A DNA stretch of 63,300 nucleotides, filler included, from Parachlamydiales bacterium (GCA_020051075.1; 6 parts of 6 records of this genome joined end to end with filler, not necessarily neighbours in it); one strand, 5' to 3'; positions 10,441-20,706 are shown, counted from the whole stretch's first letter. The notes: generated by a model from the letters alone, not told the origin. Translations and numbers: made by a program.

Positions 10441-11103
10441 TGCTGGGAGGTGACCTCTTTGCCAATTGTAGATGCTTGTCAGCTGCTCTGTGCTCAGAAT
10501 CGTCTGCCGCCGCTGCTGCTTGACAAATGACAAAGCTTGAGTCAGTGACCACCGAAATTCCTTGATAAGATAACAAATGACAGCAGAGGCGCTACGTCCT
10601 CTCCCTGCTGTGCAATGGACATAGACTTTGTGGCCTGACAAGACTTCGCTTCTGATATAATCAACGGCTTTAGCAAGATCTGCGACAGATAGAGGCGAGA
10701 GGTCTGGACTATTGAGCCGCAAATAATGGATATTTCGATCAGCCCATTCATTTTCTTGTATCGGTTTGGCGCCGATTTGTTGTTGCAATTCATGATCTTC
10801 ATTAAAAGAAAGAATAGCGCCCACACCTAAACGAGTGATGTCATCGATATGACCCCAATTATCCAGAGGGATGGCTCCTAAATAAATTTGATCGGTAATT
10901 TGAGACCAATAAGGCCATCTGGCCGACCATATCATCGCTTGCAGCTGGACTGTGGCACGGGAGATCCAGCAAAAAATTGCCACAGGAAGAATCGCTTGAA
11001 TTACTTTTGCAATTAAAAACGCCATCCCTTCAACAGGGGTGTTTGTCCATTCATGAATGCCATAAATGTCAGTGTCGTCTTCTGCAACAGCATCGATGCT
11101 CAT
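10438..11103 (-). CDS. Dual-specificity phosphatase (PTPMT1-like)
   Basis: Catalytic loop VYVHCTAGRGRS; ITDQIYLGAIP; general-acid SPD loop. Confidence 0.9.
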   Translation of the reverse strand: MSIDAVAEDDTDIYGIHEWTNTPVEGMAFLIAKVIQAILPVAIFCWISRATVQLQAMIWSARWPYWSQITDQIYLGAIPLDNWGHIDDITRLGVGAILSFNEDHELQQQIGAKPIQENEWADRNIHYLRLNSPDLSPLSVADLAKAVDYIRSEVLSGHKVYVHCTAGRGRSASAVICYLIKEFRWSLTQALSFVKQQRRQTILSTEQLTSIYNWQRGHLPA

Positions 11104-11285
11104 TGATTATACCTTTGAAATTGATCCGAGTGATGATCGCTGAAGTAGTGTAGCTTTTTGCAGGTTGGACGTCAAGGGTGCTTTTTTGTTTCTTTGAAAC
11201 TGTTTTTTATGGCATCCGTAAAATATTCTGTCGTGCTACAATGCAAAGTAGAGCCTGATGAAGAGGCGTGTTACAAGAATAAGCA

Positions 11286-12272
11286 ATGTTTATTTCAGCC
11301 TGTTATCAGTTTATCGAACACCTTAGAGTGATAAGGTGTGCTTCAGAGCATACTTTACGCAATTACACCATCGATCTTAACAATTTTAAAGACTTCTTGG
11401 AATCGACAGAACTCAATCGGTTCTCAACAAAAACACCATCTGAAAAAATCTCCTATTTAACGCCGACGGTGCCGCCTCATGATTCAATTCCTCTCTCAAG
11501 CATCCACCATAAGACAATCCGCAGATACTTGGCATTGTTGATCGAACAGAAACAGCATCGTAAAACTGTTGCGAGGCGCTTGTCAACGTTGCGCAGCTTC
11601 TTCAGGTTTGTTCGCAGTCAAGGATTGGTTGACACAGATCCAACAGAAGAGATCGAGAGTCCAAAGCTGGAAAAGACGCTTCCAGCTGCGCTGACGTACC
11701 AGCAAGTCACCCATCTCCTCGAACAACCTGACATCTCAACCTATTTAGGCTATCGCGACAGGGCGATGATGGAAGTTTTATATAGCTCAGGACTGCGCGT
11801 CAGCGAGCTCGTCGGACTGAACGTTGCAGACTTCGATAAATCTGCGCTTACGCTTAAACTGCGTGGCAAAGGGAAGAAGGAGCGCGTTGTCCCGATCACA
11901 AAAAATGGCGCCAGGTGGATACAATCCTATCTAGAACACCCCGACAGATATCATTATTTCCCAGAACTTCACCTTGAACAGAGGCGTCAGCCCATTTTCC
12001 TCAATAAATTAGGAACTCGGCTGACTGCACGTTCGGTAGACCGTCATTTTGCTCGCTACCTTATGCAAAGCGGGCTGTCAGGCGAGATCACCCCTCATAC
12101 CATCCGACATACCATCGCCACACATTGGCTAGAGAATGGGATGGATCTCAAAATGATCCAGGTTCTTCTCGGTCATAGTTCCCTAACCACAACGACCATC
12201 TACACACAGGTGTCGCCGAAGTTAAAGAAAAAAGTCTACGATAAGGCACATCCCCGCGCCTTTTCAAGATAA
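11286..12272 (+). CDS. xerC: Tyrosine recombinase XerC
   Basis: SEHTLRNY, LYSSGLRVSEL, GKGKKERVVP, HTIRHTIATH, LLGH, TTIY. The lon-rnz-xerC order matches Chlamydia. Confidence 0.9.
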   Translation: MFISACYQFIEHLRVIRCASEHTLRNYTIDLNNFKDFLESTELNRFSTKTPSEKISYLTPTVPPHDSIPLSSIHHKTIRRYLALLIEQKQHRKTVARRLSTLRSFFRFVRSQGLVDTDPTEEIESPKLEKTLPAALTYQQVTHLLEQPDISTYLGYRDRAMMEVLYSSGLRVSELVGLNVADFDKSALTLKLRGKGKKERVVPITKNGARWIQSYLEHPDRYHYFPELHLEQRRQPIFLNKLGTRLTARSVDRHFARYLMQSGLSGEITPHTIRHTIATHWLENGMDLKMIQVLLGHSSLTTTTIYTQVSPKLKKKVYDKAHPRAFSR

Positions 12273-12515
12273 ACAGGATGGACAAAAACAGGATAGGCAG
12301 GATCGCTTCGCGGCAAGATAGGCAGGATAAAGACAAAAAAATTAACAGGATAGGAAAGATGAGAAGGATGGGATTGCATTTTTTTCAATGGAAAGCCATT
12401 TTCTATTTTACCTATCCTTCCCATCGTGCTATTTTTTTGTCTTTATCTTGCTTATCTTGCCGCGAAGCGATCCTACCTATCCTGTTTTTTTTGTTCATCT
12501 TGTTTATCCTGTTGT
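12272..12515. repeat. CAGGATAGG-family foldback element (copy 2)
   Basis: Core CAGGATAGGCAGGATCGCTTCGCGGCAAGATA (~12289-12320) with an inverted copy at ~12453-12484. Confidence 0.9.
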
Positions 12516-12538
12516 AAGGAAGTTATTGTAGATTTATT

Positions 12539-13318
12539 TTGTGTTGCAATGATATTCTCAAACAGGTGGAAATGCCTTGTGAGGAGGTAACGATGCGACA
12601 GTTGTGGTCCTATTCGAAATTTGCTGATTGGATCCGAGGAACAACAAAACCAACTATTTATCATTATACAGGACCAGAAGAATGGGAAGCAGAGTGGGAT
12701 GCTTGGATAAGATATAAAAGCAAACATAAATTCAGATGTTGGCTCGCAGAAGAGGGTCTTGACTGGATTCAAGATTCGATTTACTGGCCGATAAAAAAAC
12801 GTCTGGATAATATAAGGTTTTATATCAGAAATCGATGGATTTCAAAAACTCATCTCCTCTCCTCAAACCTCCAAAAAGGGGATTGGCATGAATATTACAG
12901 CCGCTTGTTGCATTCTGCTTTTGATTCGTATGTAGACTTTGTTCAGGGGGAAGAAGCCTGGTTTCATATGTTTGGTATGGGTTATGCTCATGGAGCCTGT
13001 TGCAAATACTGGACAGCTTGGTTTCGCGCCATCTCCCGTCTTGCTCAACGATGCAGCCCTGAATCTGCTCAGGAATATCGTAACTGGGCGGTTAGCCTAG
13101 GGTATCATGAAGATATTGGAAAAGAGGATCCTGATAACGGGACGCTGACAGATCAAGATTTATTGGCTGAAGAAATGGTTATTCTTTACAGGTGGTGGAA
13201 AGAGGACCGGCCGAGACGCCCTGACCCGCAGGACATACTCGGCGAGATTGCTGATGACGAAGAAGATACGGAAATGTTGGTTCGTCTTGTGAAAATCCGT
13301 CGAGCCCTCTGGATCTAA
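12539..13318 (+). CDS. Hypothetical Trp-rich protein, resembling uncharacterised phage proteins
   Basis: 259-aa ORF; the true start may be ATG 12593 after GAGGAGG. Motifs FADWIRG, YRWWKEDRP and C-terminal EDTEMLVRLVKIRRALW. Confidence 0.7.
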   Translation: MCCNDILKQVEMPCEEVTMRQLWSYSKFADWIRGTTKPTIYHYTGPEEWEAEWDAWIRYKSKHKFRCWLAEEGLDWIQDSIYWPIKKRLDNIRFYIRNRWISKTHLLSSNLQKGDWHEYYSRLLHSAFDSYVDFVQGEEAWFHMFGMGYAHGACCKYWTAWFRAISRLAQRCSPESAQEYRNWAVSLGYHEDIGKEDPDNGTLTDQDLLAEEMVILYRWWKEDRPRRPDPQDILGEIADDEEDTEMLVRLVKIRRALWI

Positions 13319-13338
13319 CTCTCGGACCAATGGGCCAA

Positions 13339-14313
13339 TCACCATTTATAACAGGGAGGGTAATTAGTGAGTAACTCAGGAGCAGAGGGCCCGCCACCAC
13401 TGACTATGCAAGACAAAGAATGCGTATCAGGTACTTTCCATTCTGTAAAAGTGATTCCAATGCTATCCAAGCCTTCTGGAAAGATGTCCTTCATCGTTTT
13501 TACCTGACGTTCAGAGGTGATCAAATGAATTTTTAATCGTTTTAATCCTTCATGTCCGTGCAATTCTGGCGAAGTCATCAAGGTTTGCAAATGGTGAAGG
13601 ATAGATGCTTCAGCAACTTTAGAAACAAAGGGGATGACAAAATAGATTTTCCCTTTCCTATCTTGACGGAGCAATTCTTGTAGCATGGAAGAGATGATGG
13701 TTATCATTTGTTTTCCGCTGTAGGATGCATCGTCAAAGACCACAAAGTCGCTGCTCTTTTTGGATAACTCCGTTTGACTCCCACCCACATCAGTTGAGGG
13801 TTCAAAATAATCAATAGGAGGACATGACATATAAGGAAGTGCTAACTCTGCGATCCATTTTAAACTTTTTCGCTTTACAAAGCCAATCTGGTAATCTCCG
13901 CCCTTTACCTTGCTGTCTAGATATTTGGTACAACGAGGGAGTTTGTCTTCTAATTCATCGACTGTCAGTTTGAGGACATCACGTTCAAAGAATGTTTTCA
14001 GACGTTCATAACGGCTTGGTTGTTCTAATTGTATTTGAGATAAATAACTCTGAACTGCTCCCGGTCTGAAATCATTGAGATGCTCTTGGCGTGGCGGATG
14101 TTCACAATTGAGGGGGATTCCGCGTTCAACTAACTTCGCTTGCATTTCTGCTAAGTCTCTCTGAACAACTTTAGGAATGGCTTCTTCGCTAGTGAAAATC
14201 CGAGTGATTTTCAATATTTTGTGTTTTGATTCCCCGTTTTCAGCAAAGTAGGTTTCCGTTTGACTTCCTATTGATTTACCAATCGTAGTCGTAATGCCAA
14301 AGCTAGTATTCAT
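13339..14313 (-). CDS. Phosphoribosyltransferase-fold protein (PRTase-like)
   Basis: PRPP-binding loop FVVFDDASYSGKQM; N-terminal extension of about 140 aa. Confidence 0.7.
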   Translation of the reverse strand: MNTSFGITTTIGKSIGSQTETYFAENGESKHKILKITRIFTSEEAIPKVVQRDLAEMQAKLVERGIPLNCEHPPRQEHLNDFRPGAVQSYLSQIQLEQPSRYERLKTFFERDVLKLTVDELEDKLPRCTKYLDSKVKGGDYQIGFVKRKSLKWIAELALPYMSCPPIDYFEPSTDVGGSQTELSKKSSDFVVFDDASYSGKQMITIISSMLQELLRQDRKGKIYFVIPFVSKVAEASILHHLQTLMTSPELHGHEGLKRLKIHLITSERQVKTMKDIFPEGLDSIGITFTEWKVPDTHSLSCIVSGGGPSAPELLTNYPPCYKW

Positions 14314-14509
14314 ATTTTTACCTTAGTTTGTAATAGCGTATTAATAATACATAATTATATATTTAATTTATATTAATTGCAATACAAAATTTGAATGCAA
14401 CAATCAGCAATTGTTGGTGAAGGAAAGTTCCCAGGAAAAATGAGAATTAAAAAAAGATTATTCCTAATGCCGTTTAGGGATATTTGTGGAAGATTATCTC
14501 TACAAATGT

Positions 14510-14600
14510 GTTGCGGTCCTATTCGAAATTTGCTGATTGGATCCGAGGAACAAAAAGACCGATGACGGATGTTCAAACACCAGAAGAAGGGAAGCAGCTG
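14510..14600 (+). pseudogene. Remnant duplicate of the 5' part of the 12539-13318 gene
   Basis: 14515-14553 is identical to 12606-12644 over 39 bp, with further similarity (CCAGAAGAA.GGGAAGCAG) downstream; no intact ORF. Confidence 0.7.
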
Positions 14601-14693
14601 TTCGATTAATCTGTAGGGTGAATAATGACGAGAATTCAGCAATATTTTTATTATAGATAAATAAATCTGTTGTCTTGTAATATGGTCTTCTAA

Positions 14694-15872
14694 TTGTTTA
14701 TCATAGGCGAGGAATTTATTATGAATTTTATTTCAAGTCTTTCGTTCCCAATTCGTGGTAGCAGTGCAGTTGGTTTAGCTAGGCAATTATTAAAAAATTC
14801 ACCGACGAAGATTGTCTCAGTTGCAATAGCGATTATCTTGTTCTTGGGTGTCTTCCTTTTTAAGCTTTGTAGCTGTTCAAGACACTTTTCGGTCAATACT
14901 GGTTCGCAAATAACTCCAGCATGCTTTTCTCCCACACCTCCTCCTTCTCCAGCACCACTTCTTTCTCCCACACCCCCTCAGAAAATTACTCTCGAAGAGA
15001 TCCAGGTCGCCATAACCAACATCAAAGCACTAAAACGGATATTTAATAGTCCGGAGGGGTTTGATATTGAATCACTGGACGAAGACCCCAGCACCTCTGC
15101 GTCGTCATCATCTGAAAATATGCATAATCTTCGAGAAGGAATCCAAGCGTTTAAAACACGTTTTGAAAGATATAGAGGAGAAGCCTCCTTAGCAAAAGCA
15201 TTTGAAGCATTGGATTTCATGGACCAAACTGTCACCAATCTTCAAATTGTTCTTTATCATTATCGTGAAGTGATGAGAGACTACCGTCTGTCAATGGAAG
15301 TTGATGAACAAGGGATAAAAAGGCAGCCGGATGACGGCAATTGCTGGCTTCATGCAGCGCTTTTCAGTCTGAATGATATGGGTAAAGCTGTTGGAGTTAC
15401 CCATGAAACACTTCGAACTGATGTGGTTAATTGGATGCGAGATCATCAAAGCGACACAGAACTTCTTGAAAATATTCGTGCAGCGATGGAAGCGCATCAG
15501 TATGTAAAAACAAATCAGCTCAACGATGAAAAAGGGGCGTTCCTTTCGATGTTTCATGAAGCAATTATCACTGAAGAGGATTATCAAGAGGGGATAGAAA
15601 GACTGGATCAACAGTTAGCAGCCCTGGACGCGTTTACGATAGAGCAGTATTTTGAATGTATGAGTGAAACGGGTTCACACGGCTCACGAGCTGAATTTTA
15701 TGCGATTTCAAAAATCTTTAACGTTGATGTCTACATTTGGAGAGAGATTGATGGAAAATTGTCTAAAGAATATGATCAACCCATCATTTCTATAGCAAGT
15801 GAGGGGGTTATCCACGTCGTTTTGAACGCCAGAGGGAACCACTTCAATTCTCGATTGCTGGATCCTGTTTAG
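14694..15872 (+). CDS. OTU-family cysteine protease / putative deubiquitinase effector
   Basis: QPDDGNCWLHA (Asp/Cys), HGSRAE and GNHFNS (His); N-terminal TM helix and Pro-rich linker. The start may be ATG 14721. Confidence 0.82.
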   Translation: MFIIGEEFIMNFISSLSFPIRGSSAVGLARQLLKNSPTKIVSVAIAIILFLGVFLFKLCSCSRHFSVNTGSQITPACFSPTPPPSPAPLLSPTPPQKITLEEIQVAITNIKALKRIFNSPEGFDIESLDEDPSTSASSSSENMHNLREGIQAFKTRFERYRGEASLAKAFEALDFMDQTVTNLQIVLYHYREVMRDYRLSMEVDEQGIKRQPDDGNCWLHAALFSLNDMGKAVGVTHETLRTDVVNWMRDHQSDTELLENIRAAMEAHQYVKTNQLNDEKGAFLSMFHEAIITEEDYQEGIERLDQQLAALDAFTIEQYFECMSETGSHGSRAEFYAISKIFNVDVYIWREIDGKLSKEYDQPIISIASEGVIHVVLNARGNHFNSRLLDPV

Positions 15873-16563
15873 GGATGTTTTCGACCGCCGTGATGGGAGG
15901 TTCATCTGGTGCGGGATTAGCGAGTTTGATGCCGGTGAATCCCATGAAAGCCATCGACATGAGTCCAGACATGATGAACGTGATGCCCATTCCGCGAAGG
16001 CCTGGGACAACGTCTGAAATGACAATTTTCTCACGTATTGCTGCTATCAACGCGATGGCCAGCCACCAGCCTAAGGCAGAGCCGAGGACGTAGAAGAAAT
16101 TAGGGACAAAGGGATAGTCTCGTGTGACAGCAAAGAGGCAGGCTCCAAGGATTGCGCAGTTCACGGCGATCAACGGGAGGTAGAGTCCGAGCGACATATA
16201 GAGCGCGGGAGAGACTTTCTCAATGATGATCTCAAGGATTTGTGTGAAACCTGCAATAATAGAGATAAATAGGAGGAATTGTAAGAAGCTTAGGTCTATG
16301 TGGGAGGCGTCTATACCGACAAAGGCAAGCCATGAGAGCGCTCCTGGTGCGGTGACATAGTGTTGGACAAACCAGTTCAGAACCCCTGAAATCGTCAGGA
16401 CGAAGACAACGGCGATGCCAAGGCCATTAGCGGTTTTGAGTTTATTGGAGCAGGCCAAGTAGGTGCACATGCCTAAGAAGTTGACAAGCAGGAAGTTTTC
16501 GATGAAGATCGCTTGTATGAGGAGTCCGAAAAGATTTAAGAGTGAATATGTTCCCATCCACAT
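15844..16563 (-). CDS. nqrE: Na+-translocating NADH:quinone reductase subunit E
   Basis: FLGMCTYLACS and YLPLIAVNCAILG; position in the operon. Confidence 0.95.
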   Translation of the reverse strand: MWMGTYSLLNLFGLLIQAIFIENFLLVNFLGMCTYLACSNKLKTANGLGIAVVFVLTISGVLNWFVQHYVTAPGALSWLAFVGIDASHIDLSFLQFLLFISIIAGFTQILEIIIEKVSPALYMSLGLYLPLIAVNCAILGACLFAVTRDYPFVPNFFYVLGSALGWWLAIALIAAIREKIVISDVVPGLRGMGITFIMSGLMSMAFMGFTGIKLANPAPDEPPITAVENIPKQDPAIEN

Positions 16564-16582
16564 AGAATGCTCCCTCTAAAGA

Positions 16583-17218
16583 TTATGGATGCTTCTGCAT
16601 CTTATTTGAGATATATATTAATCCTCCAATGAGGAAAAAAGCAGCTGGAGGACTCACCATGAGAACAAAATTGTCATATCCATCCGGGTTTGCGGCGGTC
16701 GCATACCAGGATTGAGGGATCACTTGATAACCGAGCAGCTGTCCAAACCCGAAGAGTTCCCTAACAAATGCAATGATGAATAGAACGATGGCATAGCCCA
16801 TCCCTGCTCCAAGGCCATCTAGGAAAGCAGGAAGAGGTTCAACATTCTTAGCCATCCCCTCGCAGCGGCCCATCACGATGCAATTCGTGATGATCAATCC
16901 GACAAAGACGCTTAAGACTTTAGAGATATCAAAAAAGTATGCCTGAAGAAACTGGTCGATGATGATGACGAAGACGGAGATGATGGCGAGCTGGGTAATC
17001 ATCCGGACGCTGTCAGGGGTAATTTTACGCAATAACGAGACAAAAAAGGAGGAGCACGCTGTGACGAATGAAACGGAAAGGCCCATTGTGATGGCGACGC
17101 TCAAACGGTTGGTGACGCCCAGTGCCGAGCATATGCCTAATACCGCGACGAGGACTTGGTTCCCTGACCACAATTGGGAGGTGAAATAAGAGGAAACAGG
17201 AGGTTTAACTGTACTCAT
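16583..17218 (-). CDS. nqrD: Na+-NQR subunit D
   Basis: [10 protein letters not shown] and [15 protein letters not shown]. Confidence 0.96.
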   Translation of the reverse strand: MSTVKPPVSSYFTSQLWSGNQVLVAVLGICSALGVTNRLSVAITMGLSVSFVTACSSFFVSLLRKITPDSVRMITQLAIISVFVIIIDQFLQAYFFDISKVLSVFVGLIITNCIVMGRCEGMAKNVEPLPAFLDGLGAGMGYAIVLFIIAFVRELFGFGQLLGYQVIPQSWYATAANPDGYDNFVLMVSPPAAFFLIGGLIYISNKMQKHP

Positions 17219-17226
17219 ATCTATCC

Positions 17227-18150
17227 CTAAGCTCCTTTAGTTGATGCTTCGTGCAGTTTAAGAAGGAATGGACGGTAGGGTGCCAACACATCGCGATAGG
17301 CATTTGTCACACCGTTTCCTGTTAACGTTGCCCCTGCCATGCCATCAACAGCACTATGTGATTTAGGCGAGCTGCCTAATACTTCATTGACTTTGCCTTT
17401 AACGACGATAATGCCTAAGGGGGCTTTTGCAAAATCGGTTTTGCCATTGGGGCTTTCTTGAAAAATCACTTTTCCAGGGAACTGGCTTTGCCATTCAGGT
17501 TCTGCGATGTTGGCTCCGAGCCCTGGGGTCTCTTTTTGGTCATACCAGGAAATGCCGATGACAGTATCGCCATCGGGTTTGATGGCAAGGTATCCGTAAA
17601 TCGCGTCCCAAAGGCCCATTCCATTGATTGGGAAGACATAGCCTTCAACAGACTGTTTATCCGATTTGTTGTTTTCTCCAGATTCATCGTTGGCGTAAAC
17701 CTTATAGACGAGTTTCCATGGTTCTTGAAAGTATCCTGATTTTCGATAATCTTGGACATACTTCTGCTCGTTAATTGCGGCTTCCTGAAAGGTTTTCTGT
17801 TCTCCTTGATGATTGACAAGAAAAGGAGAGATCCGTTTCCGGTAGACTTCTAGAACCTGTTCTTCGGTTGGATAGACGGTTTTGTCGGTTTTTTTCAATG
17901 CCCCTCCTGGAGTATATTGAGCAGGAAGGACTTGGTCATTGTCTTGAATCTGAAAATAGCCGTAAGGGCTGAGGATTCGTGCAGAAATGAGCATCTGTTT
18001 GCTGCGATCGAGATCTTTTGCGCGCATTTGAGGTTCTTTCAGGGCGCTGGCTAGGACGGATAAAATAACCGCACAGATTAAGCTTAAGACAGCCATGAAC
18101 CAGAGGGTATAGTTGCGTTGTGAGTTGGGTGAAGGGTTAGGTTCTGACAC
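17227..18150 (-). CDS. nqrC: Na+-NQR subunit C
   Basis: [19 protein letters not shown]-attachment motif DGMAGATLT. Confidence 0.96.
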   Translation of the reverse strand: MSEPNPSPNSQRNYTLWFMAVLSLICAVILSVLASALKEPQMRAKDLDRSKQMLISARILSPYGYFQIQDNDQVLPAQYTPGGALKKTDKTVYPTEEQVLEVYRKRISPFLVNHQGEQKTFQEAAINEQKYVQDYRKSGYFQEPWKLVYKVYANDESGENNKSDKQSVEGYVFPINGMGLWDAIYGYLAIKPDGDTVIGISWYDQKETPGLGANIAEPEWQSQFPGKVIFQESPNGKTDFAKAPLGIIVVKGKVNEVLGSSPKSHSAVDGMAGATLTGNGVTNAYRDVLAPYRPFLLKLHEASTKGA

Positions 18151-19666
18151 GTTTCATACTCCTCTTTCGAGTGAAATAGGCAACATAATAATCGATCAAA
18201 GGGGCAAAGACATTGGCCATCAAGATGGCGAGCATGACCCCTTCAGGATAGGCTGGATTGATGGCTCGAATGACGATGGTGACGATGCCGGCTAGGGCGC
18301 CATAGATCCACCGTCCAAGCTTCATCGAGGGGGAGGACACAGGATCTGTGGCCATGAAGACGATGCCGAAAGCTAATCCCCCTAGCAGAAGGTGTTTATA
18401 GGCAGGGAACCCAAGCGTTGCAGGGTTCCATGCTCCTCCCTGGGTACCGAAGAAATGAGATCCCAATTCAAAGAAGAGCGCGGTGAAATAGGCTCCTAGA
18501 GCCATTCCGCACATTGTTCTCCAGGATCCCACACCAGTCCAAATGAGGATGAAAGCTCCGATCAAGCAAGCAAGGACAGAAGTTTCTCCCATGCAGCCGA
18601 GTTTGTCTCCGAAAAACCAATTCCAGTCGCTGTCATGGCCAAGGCCATAGTTGAGCGAGGAGAAATGATAAGCATCGTCATAGTTTCCAGGGGAGAGGCC
18701 GAGCCCTCCTTCTGCCAGAGGGGATGTGACAAAGTTTTGGAGTTGGCTGGGTTCTAATTGAGTTAAAGTGGCCTGATGTTGGCCTGCTCCATTCCATTGA
18801 GTGAAGTGCTGTTCAATCGTAGGGTAGGTGCCTACTGAAGATCCGAGGTCGTTAGAGGCGATGGCATCGACATGTATCCGTTTAATTTCAGGGGAGATGT
18901 TAAATCGAGCTAGCCTGGTGGCTTGGCTATATCCATCCAATGCTGTTGTTTGGGCGTCTTGGTTCATCTTAAGGAGGCTTTCTCTGACAGTCGTGGGATT
19001 CGTTCCAACCCACACATCGCCCGACATCTTGCCTGGAAAAGTGAAGAATAAGAAAGCTCGGCAGGCAAGGGCCGGGTTGACGATGTTCATCCCGGAGCCG
19101 CCAAAAACTTCTTTACCTAGAATCACACCTGCAGCAACGCCGACAGCGACCATCCAATACGGGATGGTGGGAGGGAGGATCAGAGCATAGAGTATGCCAG
19201 TGACCAGGAATCCTTCTGTAATCTCATGTTTTCTGACGATGGCAAACAAGGTTTCGCAGAGGCCTCCCACAACATAGGAAATGAGGACGATAGGGAGTAG
19301 AGCGGCGAGTCCATTTTTGAGAATGGTCAGATAGCGGTTGTCTTTGAAAGCAAAATCGAAATAGGTAGAAAATGAGTTTGCAGAAGCGAGGTATTCATTC
19401 ATCAGTTTGTAGTCGCCGCTCGAATAGACGAAACTTTGCAGTCCGGTATTCCAGATCGCCACAAGGATACAGGGAAGTAAGGCGAAGACGACGATGAGCA
19501 TCCACCGTTTGACGTCAATAGCATCTCGAATATGTGGAGCGCGCTGGGTGTTGAGCGGGGCTTCGTAGAGGAATGTGTCTGTGGCATCAACTAAAGGACG
19601 CAATCGGTGAAGAGGCTTCCCTTTTTCTGTCAGTGAAAGTTGATAATCGAGTAAACGTCGCAGCAT
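18137..19666 (-). CDS. nqrB: Na+-NQR subunit B (long chlamydial type)
   Basis: HIRDAIDVKRWM, KEVFGGSGMN, FMN site DGYSQAT, FMATDPVS, YPEGVMLAIL. Confidence 0.96.
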   Translation of the reverse strand: MLRRLLDYQLSLTEKGKPLHRLRPLVDATDTFLYEAPLNTQRAPHIRDAIDVKRWMLIVVFALLPCILVAIWNTGLQSFVYSSGDYKLMNEYLASANSFSTYFDFAFKDNRYLTILKNGLAALLPIVLISYVVGGLCETLFAIVRKHEITEGFLVTGILYALILPPTIPYWMVAVGVAAGVILGKEVFGGSGMNIVNPALACRAFLFFTFPGKMSGDVWVGTNPTTVRESLLKMNQDAQTTALDGYSQATRLARFNISPEIKRIHVDAIASNDLGSSVGTYPTIEQHFTQWNGAGQHQATLTQLEPSQLQNFVTSPLAEGGLGLSPGNYDDAYHFSSLNYGLGHDSDWNWFFGDKLGCMGETSVLACLIGAFILIWTGVGSWRTMCGMALGAYFTALFFELGSHFFGTQGGAWNPATLGFPAYKHLLLGGLAFGIVFMATDPVSSPSMKLGRWIYGALAGIVTIVIRAINPAYPEGVMLAILMANVFAPLIDYYVAYFTRKRSMKRVRT

Positions 19667-19735
19667 ACTTATACCTAAGTTAATCTACTGTCGTCAGGCT
19701 AGCAAATTTGTTTGATCTTGAAAACGAAAATCGAT

Positions 19736-20035
19736 ACAGGATGGGCAAAAACAGGATAGGCAAAAGGGACAAAACAGGATAGGCAGGATAAAGACAAAGA
19801 AATTGAACAGGATGGGAAGGATGAAAAGGCAAAAACAAGATAGGCAGGATCGCTTCGCGGCAGGATAGGCAAGATAATAGGAAAGTTCAGATAAACAAGA
19901 CAAAAAAATTAAAAAACACTCTCATCTTATCATTAACTATCTTTCCTATCCTGCCTATCTTGCCGCGAAGCGATCCTGCCTATCCTGTTTTTTTGTTTAT
20001 CCTGTTTATCCTGTACTGTCCATCCTGCGTATCTT
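19736..20035. repeat. CAGGATAGG-family foldback element (copy 3)
   Basis: Multiple CAGGATRGG units, core GATCGCTTCGCGGC at ~19848-19861 and inverted core at ~19962-19975; lies upstream of nqrB. Confidence 0.9.
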
Positions 20036-20039
20036 GATG

Positions 20040-20537
20040 TCAATCGATGGCCTCTTCAATGATGGGGAGGATTTGATAGTGGACAAGGGTAGAAGTTGTC
20101 GTATAGGGGAAGGGGCAGACAACTCGATAAGGCAGTCCGTTTGAACTATTGTAAACGAAGTAGTATAGCGATCCATCTTCTAGATGGGGTTCATGCATCA
20201 CAGAGACATCGAAGATTTTATAGTCAGTTAGGCGGAAAGGGAAAATATCACCTGGACAGAGCCTTTCAAGCTCAATTTGATCGTGGTAGTACTGTTGGAA
20301 CTGGCTGATAGAATCAATATAACGGAAAATCACCCCTTTCCAGAAAAAATTTGAGATGCGGGCAAATTCCTTTAAATGTTTGGGATCAGAGAGCAGTGGA
20401 CAGCTTTGAACGAGAAACCATAGTTGGGAGAAGTGTTCCTCATCAAATTCAGCAATGGGTTTGTCCTTGTGAATAGAAAGTTTGATTAGATGTGGTCCAA
20501 CTTGAATTTCTTCAATCGTGTTTAATTCACTGCGCAT
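20040..20537 (-). CDS. Hypothetical protein
   Basis: 165-aa ORF with ATG start and normal composition; no recognised motif. Confidence 0.75.
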   Translation of the reverse strand: MRSELNTIEEIQVGPHLIKLSIHKDKPIAEFDEEHFSQLWFLVQSCPLLSDPKHLKEFARISNFFWKGVIFRYIDSISQFQQYYHDQIELERLCPGDIFPFRLTDYKIFDVSVMHEPHLEDGSLYYFVYNSSNGLPYRVVCPFPYTTTSTLVHYQILPIIEEAID

Positions 20538-20706
20538 CGGAATCTCTCATGCTAGGGTTTTTTTGACAAATATTTCTCGGATCTTGAACGTGGATGGGCA
20601 CGTCTGAAAAATCTTCATATAAGTAATATTCCCAACATCTGTCAAGATAAAATAGATCGTAAAGAAAAAACTAAGGCGCTATGCTTTATCGAAAAGTCAA
20701 TAGCTA

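Noticed and set aside
10320..10523. Short ORFs containing LSCLSCREAILPILF or its antisense (also 12148-12517, 19694-19903, 25016-25305, 48740-49067, 35492-35727)
   Set aside because: They are translations of the 9-nt-periodic repeat elements, which lack stops in some frames; there is no evidence they are genes.
11286..15872. xerC as an integron or prophage integrase with downstream cassettes
   Set aside because: It has chromosomal XerC features and chlamydial synteny, no IntI-specific insertion, and I could not identify attC or att sites.
15844..19666. nqr operon lacking nqrA and nqrF as an anomaly
   Set aside because: In Chlamydiae nqrA and nqrF are normally encoded apart from nqrBCDE, so this is expected.
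10124..20035. Periodic repeats as a CRISPR array
   Set aside because: There are no constant 23-47-nt direct repeats with unique equal-length spacers, the units are ~9-nt degenerate and inverted, and no cas genes are present.
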